In this document: piece after piece, positions 53,565-64,000 of the stretch | How the letters are laid out: the number at the start of each line of letters is the position of its first letter | How positions within the stretch are numbered: position 1 is the stretch's first letter | Source: Octopus vulgaris | Lineage: Eukaryota | Assembly: GCA_951406725.2 (NCBI GenBank) | Contig: OX597818.1 | Location: 92,318,001-92,382,000, forward strand | DNA: 64,000 bases | Reading direction: 5' to 3' | Notes under the pieces: model-generated | The model's input: only the letters and a program-made list of their open reading frames with translations | Databases searched by the model: none | Told to the model about the DNA's origin: nothing | Position numbers and translations under genes: made by a program

Positions 53565-54110
53565 ATATTTCGTTTACTTCAATCACTCGAGCAGCGACTG
53601 CTTCAGGACTACCTTATAGGCTAAACTGCAGCACCTGGTTCAATGGGACATATTTGTCGACCGACACCCTGTTCGTTGATAAGTGTACACACATTAAAGC
53701 TATTTTGCACCTAGTTTTCTCAGTGTAAACATTACAGATGTTACTATGGATATACTACGAAGGAATTCAAACTGCACTCGCTTTCTTGTCGATGCAGTGC
53801 AGGACGTTTCTCGTTCATCATTTCACACTGAAAGATGTAATTAAAAGGAACGTCGACGACAATTTTTTTTTCCTCGTCACAACTGGAACTTTTTGACTTC
53901 GACCACACTGATGACAAGCATACAGTCAATACGATTCGTTTTAAAGGGTAGGGAATAGTTGTTGATCTGAAAGCTACCTGTTGTGACACATTCTTCAGTT
54001 CCAAGTTATTTCCTTAAACCCTGGTGCTACTACAGAGTGACAGAAGACGGACAGAATTCTTTTCGCGCCAATTGCGGGGCAGACCTCTGGCGTCATTGAC
54101 GCTCGGACAA
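53565..54110 (+). pseudogene. Candidate exon 2: IFRLLQSLEQRLLQDYLIG* (stop at 53624) followed by stop-interrupted Cys-rich sequence
   Basis: tattttattacag| acceptor; complex, relatively GC-rich DNA; the same frame continues CRPTPC...SQCKHYRCYYGYT with in-frame stops. Confidence 0.4.
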
Positions 54111-56853
54111 TACTTTTCATCGGTAGATCTGGCATATAAGCGTTGTACTTGAAAAAGTACCGGCTGCGAATATCACTAATCGTTCTTCCAAACAATTCTC
54201 TGGCTATTCTATCGTCATAGTGTAGTTGAGATAAAATTCAACAGAAAATTTAGTGTTTATTTCTTTTATTATGTTTTCTCACGATATTTACAATTATTTG
54301 TATATTCTTCTTGTTTTCTGAAATATAACTTCATATAATTTGTTCTTTTTATTTAAGTTCCATCAAACTCGAATTAAATTAGGATCACCATTCTTTCTTG
54401 TTGTAATAACACCATTTGTTGTTTAAACACACTTGTTGACAGATTGATGATAAAAGGCGTTCCAGCCATGAACATCACATCTCGTTCTATTTAACGTGTG
54501 GTACATGTACTGATTTGATTTCTGCTACGATCTCAAGCTTTGATGTATGATCGAGTTACTCAAGAGTGTATTATAACACAATATTAATAACAATATTTTG
54601 TGTGGAAATATGGTTTGTTGTTTTGATAAAACAAATTATTTTTAAAAGATCAGGTTTTCTTCTCACAACAGATTGTTTCACAAATTGTTTTTATAACCTC
54701 CATTACAACCACCAGCCCCACCCACCACCACCATTATCATCATCATTCTATGATGCCTGCGAGACTTGGACGGTTTATGAACGCCACACCAAAAACCTAA
54801 ACTACTTCCACATGAACTGTCTTACAAAGCTGTTGAAAATTACCTGGAAAGACAAGGTCCCGGATATGGACATCTTCTCTCGAGCTGATCAGTCACGTAT
54901 CTACATGATGCTGAGGAGAACGCAAGTCAAGTGGGCAGGCAAACTTGTTGAAACGCCTGACACGCAACTCCTTAACAGATTGTTTTACAGCGTATATCTA
55001 GAAGGTAAGAGCATGCAAGGTAGACAGAAAAAGCGCTTCAAAGATATACTCAAAGCCTCACAGCCTGGTGAAGATGAACCAACAGAGGTACCACTGCCAA
55101 CAAAGAGAACAGAATTGCAGGAGCACAAAAAAAACGCGAAATGCGCAAGTCCAGGGTCAACTGCTCGCCTTCAATCCCAGCAGATCACCAATGTCTGACC
55201 TGCAGCAGAGCTTTCCGAGCATGCATTGGAGTGATTGGCCATAGCCGGAATCACCGTGCCCCGTCTTCTTCACCCATGTGATGTCCTTGGTCATCGTGGA
55301 CAACGACAAATGAACAAATAAGAATATGTATGTGTATATGTGTGCGTGCGTATGTGTGTATGGGGCGAGAGAGAGGTGGTACCAAAAATGTCTACATACA
55401 TTGAATGATTATAAAGGTAGTGTTTATTAAAATACGTTACATTTTCAAAATTTAATAGGATCTGCAGGACAGAATTTACTTTTTTTCATGAATGTCGGTT
55501 TTCGATTTGATGATCTTTCTGTTTTCAAGCACTGCTGATAAAGCGAAGAAATGTTATCACAAACATGAAGAAACCCTTTCGTTCAACGGTTGCTGTCAAT
55601 TCGTCGGACGTCTCTGGTTCTGTGCCCAAAATTTTGTTTTTAAGTATCTGTACCCTAAATTTTGTCTTTCAGTATCCATAAAAAACAGTTCAGTATTATG
55701 AGGTCCGGTGAACGCGGGAGATATTCAAATGAAGCTCTTCCTCCAATTCACCTATTCGGAAAAACCTCATCAAACTAGGCTCTTACACTACTATGGCACA
55801 TACTGCTGCAAACAAACTCCTTTTATTCAAAACTCTCTTCAAAGAATGACACGAAAGATTGTGACACAAACCTCAAAGAAGTGGGTAATAAACCACTCTA
55901 TATTATAAATTCTGGTAGCATGATTTTCCTTCGTAATATGATTATTTGATCCCCACTAGTTATGGTCATCATGTGATATTTGTGTTAAAAACAATATCCA
56001 TGACTGAATTGAAATTAGATTTCTATACTCCAAACCTTTAGTAATAAATCATAAAACTCGTGTTACAAAACAAAAATTAAACTGAAAAGTACAATTTTTA
56101 AGGATTTTGTGACAATGTAGATATTGCTTCGTTTAAGCAAAGTTAAGGACTCATAACTAAATAATAAAGAGTTACATTTACAGTAATTAATGTAAATATA
56201 ACATCATTGCTCGAAACAATCTTTATCGAAAAATGAACATCTACACATCTTACAAGGTACTTCTCACAAAATAGCATTCTTCGGTTCAGATCATCTTCAT
56301 TGAGAACATAAACTACGCTTGTGGTGTAGCGTTTTCAGTGACAGTGCTTCAGAATATAATGGATGTTTGATTATGAAATTATATCTCACTCCACGCGTGA
56401 TGCACCGATTTCTTAAGCTCTGGCAATACGTTTCTAGTGCCATTTCTTATTTTAACTGCTCGGAGATGGATGTGCGCGTCTTCCGGGATTTTTCTTGAGG
56501 ACATAATGATTAATTCCATCTTTCAGAAATTTATTTGTAATTCAAATGACAGTAGGTGTTTGAAACACCCTCCCCCCCCCCTACTGTTTTCGAACTTCGG
56601 CGGTGTTTTGAAACTTTCAGTAGCCCTTATGGATAAATTTCCTTCGTTCCATGCTTAGTCTGACACTTTTTATTTTTTTTTGTTTGTAATGGGTTAAGTG
56701 TAAACAGAAATAAAAATTCAGTTACCAGTTGTTAAAAATGTGTTTACGTTTTCGAAGTACCCTAAATATGTGTGTGTACTTATGTGTATGTGTGTATGTG
56801 TGCATTACTTTCGGCGGGAAAAATACAAAGTTACATACTTTTGAACGTTCCTC

Positions 56854-56913
<60 letters not shown>

Positions 56914-57359
56914 TCCTTTACTCCTTTACTTGTTTCAGTCATTTGACTGCGGCCATGCTGGAACACCGCCTTTAGTCGAGGAAATCGAACCCAGAACTTA
57001 TTCTTTGTAAGACTAGTACTTATTCTATCGGTCTCTTTTTGCCGAACGGCTATGTTACGGGGACGTAAACGCATCAGCATCGGTTGTCAAGCGATATTGG
57101 GGGACAAACACAGACACACAAACACAGACACATATATATACATATATATATATAGAACGGGCTTCTTTCAGTTTCCGTCTACCAAATCCACTCACAAGGC
57201 TTTGGTCGGCCCGAGGCTATAGTAGAAGACACTTGCCCAAGGTGCCACGCAGTGGGACTGAACCCGGAACGATGTGGCTGGTAAGCAAGCTACTTATCAC
57301 ACAGCTACTCCTGCTCCTAGCTACTTACCACACAGCAACATATACACACGCGCGCACGT

Positions 57360-57390
<31 letters not shown>

Positions 57391-57837
57391 TAGTCAATTC
57401 AAATAAAGAAACAATTCAATTAATCCAATTAAAACGGACAACATGTCGACGTGCATACGAAATGTATTATTAGCATGACGCTCGGTAAAAAAAGAGTGTG
57501 TTTGACGCTTCGAGCATAGCTCTTCGTCGGAAAAGAAAAAGTGAAAGTCCAAAGAAGAAAAACAAATCGCCAGCAGCACGCGTGTAGTTAAAATGCTGAA
57601 ACATTTCTTAAGTCTGTCCTCATGTTGTCTTTTTTTTTTCGTTTATTTGAATTGTTTGTATATTTCAATTGACTATTTATCGCTCGCTCACACGGGCCGT
57701 CCAGGTCCTTCCAACTCATTTCGAGTATTCGATTCATGGATTTCTTACTCTACTCTTAGATTACGTTACCTTTAAATCCTTTTGGAGTACGTTGTTTCTG
57801 CACCTTTGATGATATATATATACATACATGCATATAT

Positions 57838-57900
<63 letters not shown>

Positions 57901-57949
57901 TAGATATATATATGTATATGTATATGTGTATATATATATATATGTGTGT

Positions 57950-58031
<82 letters not shown>

Positions 58032-58038
58032 ATGTATG

Positions 58039-58133
<95 letters not shown>

Positions 58134-58988
58134 AAGAAGAAGAAGAAGAAGAAGAAGAAGAAGAAGGGACGATGAAACTGTACATTTCTAAAGGATTCTT
58201 CGATGATGAGTGAGTCATATAAATATGACATTAACTCCATGGCACTAACTAACCTATACTTGATATGTAGTACTAAATATATAGCACGTGGAAAAACAAA
58301 CACAATTACTTTGGGGATGAGAATGACAAACTATATAAATGATGATGCGTTTGATTTTAGTCATCAAAAGCACATAGAACAGAACACGGTAGTTTGTTGC
58401 TCACGATTATATTCTGTTGTGTCTGGAGAGTGTCATGTCTTAAGACCTTATTATCTAACACACTCACCGGTTCGATTTCAATTCATATATTACTCTGCGT
58501 CCGCAAATGAATGCAGTGTATTGTAATCATTCGTTTTAGTCTGTATGTCTGTGTGTTTGCAAAATTACTGGAAAACAACTGAATGGATTTTCACCACATT
58601 TGGCAGAAATACTCGTTGGGCAAGTGGCTCGAAATGCTGAACATTTGGCTTGATTATCTTTAAAGAAAAACTATTTTCAATTTCTTTTTTAAATCGATCT
58701 TACAAATTTCCCCATAAGCAAGTGGTCACATTATTTTGTTCACTTTCTTTTTCATATGAATCGACCCTCGTCTTCGTGTGTACAGATCATGGTGTACCTA
58801 TAAGAGTAGACACGTGTTTGTACATACATAATACATAAACCCATACATAGATATGCGAGTGTGTGCGTATTCGTATGTGTGTGTGTGTCTGTCCATATTA
58901 CCTATGTACCTATGTACTTATCAATCTACTTTCCTTTGTATCTATCTGTTTACTTACGTTTACTTACATATCTATTTATCTAGGTACT

Positions 58989-59082
<94 letters not shown>

Positions 59083-59119
59083 TGTATATATACATACATG
59101 TATATATATATATATATAG

Positions 59120-61097
59120 AAATTCGGGGTGAGTACTTGATAATTATAAGCACCTGTGTATACCGTTTGGTGGTGTAGGTGGTGGAGTAAATTGATCAAA
59201 ATAAAAACATGATGCCAAGGATTCAGCGGTACATATTTTTCGGGCCTTTATTAGACAGATTTATAACAATGCATAATGTATGTCTGTGGCCTTCTTCAGC
59301 CGCGCACAACAGCTTCCACAAGGACATGTGTTACATCAAAAATTCTTGGTTGGGGATGCAAATCCTCTCATTCGCGTACGACATAATGCGGCAACAGCAT
59401 AGAATTGAAGCGTCCATCTCTTTCTTCTCTCAATGTAGAATGAGGAAATTTGGATGTTGAAGTAATGTAAATAAATAAATACATATATAGACGTGAAGAT
59501 GGAGGGGCGAGAATTCAGGACGAGGGATAAAACATGTATAAAAAGTGTAAGTATAGAAAAATATAAAGATATAAAGGGATATAAGGAGATGTAAAGGGGA
59601 TATAAAGAATATAAAGAAATATAAAGAAATATAAATGAATGTAAAGGCATAAGGTTATAAAGTAAAAATAGAAATAGAAATAAAAGTAAAAAGTAAAAAA
59701 ATAAAAATAGGAATAAACATGATAAAAATGTAAAAAAATATAAAGATAAGGGATGTATAGAGGTTACGGACCAAACATGGTGGTCAGGAGATTGATAAAA
59801 TTTAGTTGTAGAAGTTTTGGGTGTCAATAAATCAACAGGGTCGTCTGGGGACCTAGTGTGTTGTAAATCAGAGCTGTTGAGCGTTTAATCTAGTTCTTTG
59901 AATTAATTGGTCATCTTGTACATACGTACCATCATGGATACATACACCCATATACACGCGCACATATACGCGCGCATACACGGCTCCAAGCCTATAAGCA
60001 TACACACGCACTCACGTGTAAACATGTACATAAACACACATACACCCACACGCACGCGCGTATATATACATACATACAACAGAATATCCGCATATATACA
60101 CGGACATTATACGTGTACACACCCATATATACATACGTGCGTCCATCCTTACATACACATACACATATGCCCACGCTTCCAGGTTTAGATATAAGATATT
60201 AAAGGATGTATATAAGAACGTATGTAAAGAATCACGCACTCACGTCTACACGTGCACGCACATACGGCTGTGTGTCCATATGTGCGTGCACATATACACT
60301 CACATACACACACAGAGACATACGCGCATATGGGTATAGCTATAAGATATTAAAAGATGTATACAAATAGGTGTAAACATATGAATATAAGAAAACGTAA
60401 AAAAATGTAAAGAAATACGGGGAATGCACATCTAGACGTAGATGTTTACTCGTACATATGTACACATATGTATACGTATACATACGTACACGGACGCTCG
60501 TATAATCATAAAGCGGATCCATAGGTAAGTAAATAAGGGATAAGCAAAAAAATAGACATATATAGAGATATAAAGCGATAAGTTAGGGGTAAGAATGAGG
60601 GTAAGAGTAAAAATTAGAAATAAAAGTAAGAAATACAGTATAAAATAAGAAATACAATGTAAAAGTTAGAATGAAATATAAAAATTATAAAAATTATAAG
60701 AATTAAGATAAGGGATGAAAATAAAAATGAGAATAAAGGTAAAGCGAAGTAGAATAGGATAAAGCGAAATAAAAGTAAAAATAAAAATAAAATAAAATAA
60801 AAGTATAATCTGGTAAAGTTTAACATGAGATGAAGGTGGTTGAAAGTTAGAGGTGTGTGTTAAAGGTGCCCACGTAGGGGCGGGCGGGGGGAACTGAAAA
60901 TTGGAAGGGTGGGAAGTGGAGTTTGGCGGTGTGCGTTCAACATCCGAGTTAGAAATGTGAAAGGGTATAGATATAGGGAAATAAAGAGACTATATAGGAA
61001 GGATATGGGTGTAGGAGAAGAAATATGTAGGGAAAAAAAGACATATATGGGAGACAAAATGTGTATATATAGGAGGAAAATGCAGGGAAACATATAT

Positions 61098-61141
<44 letters not shown>

Positions 61142-63339
61142 GTATATATATACATATACATACACATATGTGCACATACATATATATACGCACACACATA
61201 CACATATACACGCACATATAGGAAAGCGGGATGTGCTGGAGCCGACAGGTTGCACCGGGTGGGAGGAAATTGCATGGGGGAGTTGGTATAATAACCTAAG
61301 CTTTGTAGTATTTGAAAGTATTAATAAGTTTGTGTATACAGGATGGTTTGAACTCTGACCTTTTGTTAATAAGATTGTGTTTGTCTTTGAATTTCAAGAT
61401 GTTCAGGAGTTCTACACAACATAGTTGGCATCCTGCTCTATTATTTAAATAAGGTGCAGCTGATCCGATGATGGACCACCTGAGCTTGAAGCCTATGCAT
61501 TTTGTCTTTTAATTCCCAAATTTTTTTAGAAAGGGAGGTGCTGTTAGCCTTATGTCTGTGTTTCAGCGAGGACCGGTGGTTGTAGTATCTGGATTTCCAG
61601 GAGGTTGAGCAACCTATGTAGGTGAGTGTGTTAAACTGGGTACTCACCTCACATGAATATATTACGTTTTTCGCCCTACATGCGCCTTGTAGCGGACACT
61701 CGGATGTACATATGCAGTTGCAGTGCATTGCATTATTCGGTCGTGTGCTGCTAATCCCAGGCGGAGGTGTTGCAATACGAGTGGGGGCGTTGATATCCTC
61801 CTGGTTGTTGATGGGTGTAGTATTGCCTCTGTTGTGTTGGCGGGTGTTATTACTAACTGTTTGGGTAATATGGCTGCCAGTCTGATTATATTGTCTACTA
61901 TCTGGATGAGGGGGGTTCGGTTGGTCGCTATAGCTTGCTCTTGATCTAGCTGTTCTAATATTAATATAGTTATGTTTAGCTATGAGGCAGCTCATGTTGG
62001 GCAGGGTAGAGTAGGAAATCCTAATGGTTTTGTTGGAGAAGATACTTCTATACTTATGGGTGGGTGGGAAGTTGTTGGAAATGATAGAGAATATTCTCTT
62101 ACATAACTTACCCCTAACTGCTAAGTTGTATGGTATGTTGAACCATATATATTTGCGTAATCTACTAATATCCCTTCTATTTCTCCTAATAGGATCTATA
62201 TTGCTCTCGTCGGGAGGGTTACTATTGTGTGCTATTCTATTAGTTCGCCTATTTCCTATACGTTGTTTGGAGTTTAAATTAGAATTATCGTTAGTATGAG
62301 TTGAGTGCGGAGTTCGATTATAATTGGGAGTTTTATGGCCGACGGACGTTCCCGGGTGGTCTACATATGATATTCTCTGGTTATACCCAGCACTATAGAG
62401 AGCCTAGTTGTAGTGTTGTGCGTGATTATTGAAAATTTCTCCATTAGAGGATAGTTTTGTAAGTCTGTCTGAGATGGCTTGGACCGTGGTGCTAATTATA
62501 CAGGGTGGATGGTTGGAAGAGGTATGGATGTATTTGGTAGTTTCTTCGGGTTTCCTATACGGGTGGTGAAGGTGCTTATTCAAGTCTAACGTAACATCTA
62601 AGAAGTTTACTATTTTAGTATTGGTCATAAATTCTAGTTTAAGATTGAAGGATTTGAAAAAAAGCCTGATCTTTTTCCTAATTCTTTCTAGTTTACTCCT
62701 ATTGTTGGTGGGGTATATGAAGAGAGCGTCATCTCTGTATAGACCCCCTGAAGATCCGGTACCTCGGAGAAAAGCTTCTTGAGCAGGTAGGCCCCGACCA
62801 AGTCAGTCACCTGAGCTGAATCGCTCGAGCCCATAGCCACATCAAAATTGTCGTGGGTATCGGATCTGGTCCAAAGTCTACCGTCGAATTCTATTATGGT
62901 TTTTCTAGCTAATAGTATTATGTCAATTTTTTCTCTGTCTATGAGCGAAAGGTTGCGGGCAAATATAAGGGATTTGTTAAGTAAGATGGGGGATATACTG
63001 GCGTAGTAGCTAGCTATGTCGAACTGAATGAATGAGTAGTTGGGTCTATTGGTGATTGTGTTAAACCATTCTAGCACATCGTCGGTGTTAATCCATAGTT
63101 GGAGTGGGATGTGGGTTTTGATGTGTGGGATCACCTTGTCCAGGATAGTCTTGCTAAGTCTGCCGATATCCGATTTAGTCGGACAGATTAATCGTACTCC
63201 TACATTATCCGGGAAGTCTTTCTTATGGTCTTTAATAGTAATTTTGGGTACTTGTAGTTTGATAGGTTCCGTTCTGTCCAGGAGGTCTAATTTGCTCATA
63301 ACTTCCTTGATTTTGTAGTTAATTTCCTTAAGGTTATCC
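59120..63339 (-). mobile_element. Penelope-like element (RT + GIY-YIG endonuclease), 5'-truncated and frameshifted
   Basis: FIQFDIASYYASI, MGSSDSAQVTDL, LYRDDAL, FLDVTL..PYRKP..SNHPP, CNC..CPLQGAC..VIYSC..YIGCS..RYYNH. Confidence 0.92.
59226..59303 (-). ncRNA. Hammerhead ribozyme in the Penelope 3' pLTR
   Basis: Minus strand: GCGG CTGAAGA AGGCC..GGCCC GAAA AATATG TA CCGC. Confidence 0.7.
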
Positions 63340-64000
63340 GTAGACGTGAGTGCGTGATTCTTTACATACTTTCTTATATACATCCTTTAATATCTTATAT
63401 CTAAACCTGGAAGCGTGGGCATATGTGTATGTGTATGTAAGGATGGACGCACGTATGTATATATGGGTGTGTACACGTATAATGTCCGTGTATATATGCG
63501 GATATTCTGTTGTATGTATGTATATATACGCGCGTGCGTGTGGGTGTATGTGTGTTTATGTACATGTTTACACGTGAGTGCGTGTGTATGCTTATAGGCT
63601 TGGAGCCGTGTATGCGCGCGTATATGTGCGCGTGTATATGGGTGTATGTATCCATGATGGTACGTATGTACAAGATGACCAATTAATTCAAAGAACTAGA
63701 TTAAACGCTCAACAGCTCTGATTTACAACACACTAGGTCCCCAGACGACCCTGTTGATTTATTGACACCCAAAACTTCTACAACTAAATTTTATCAATCT
63801 CCTGACCACCATGTTTGGTCCGTAACCTCTGTACATCCTTTATCTTTATATTTTTTTTACATTTTTATCATGTTTATTCCTATTTTTATTTTTTTACTTT
63901 TTACTTTTATTTCTATTTCTATTTTTACTTTATAACCTTATGCCTTTACATTCATTTATATTTCTTTATATTTCTTTATATTCTTTATATCCCCTTTACA
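63340..64000 (+). repeat. Inverted copy of the Penelope 3' region/pLTR (59590-60249); runs off the window
   Basis: Near-exact reverse complement abutting the truncated RT ORF. Confidence 0.93.

Noticed and set aside
53565-53624. EQRLLQDY resembling the N-terminal helix of nicotinic/chemotactile receptors
   Set aside because: No Cys-loop, WxPD or transmembrane motifs found downstream in any frame.
54566-55198. 210-aa ORF as a host gene
   Set aside because: Its C-terminal part is an RTE LINE fragment in the inverted-duplication arm, fused by chance to upstream sequence.

Overview
AT-rich, microsatellite-laden animal genomic DNA; the SINE families and (TA)n/(TG)n/(TAA)n content suggest an octopus (inference). 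Almost all ORFs in the supplied track are microsatellite or transposon artefacts. The main result is a + strand gene that the ORF track misses. It has 14 micro-exons of 15, 18, 27 and 30 nt (571-30133), each with canonical AG/GT, a length divisible by 3 and phase 1-1, and 13 of them sit inside tandemly duplicated intron units. These are followed by a Thr-rich (GKPTTT)n exon and three larger exons ending at a TGA at 38151-38153. Spliced together they give one stop-free frame of about 325 codons whose 5' end lies upstream of the window. This architecture resembles schistosome micro-exon genes; paralogous micro-exons differ far more than their flanking introns, and some units have lost their exon. 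Other content: a signal-peptide exon at 52293 inside a large inverted duplication, a Penelope-like element with an inverted pLTR, many minimal hammerhead ribozymes and foldback repeats (including a tRNA-headed, hammerhead-bearing SINE), R4/Dong, L1/Tx1 and RTE LINE relics, Tc1/mariner relics, Helitron-like elements and a MULE-like MITE. All calls are by eye, without database searches or expression data.
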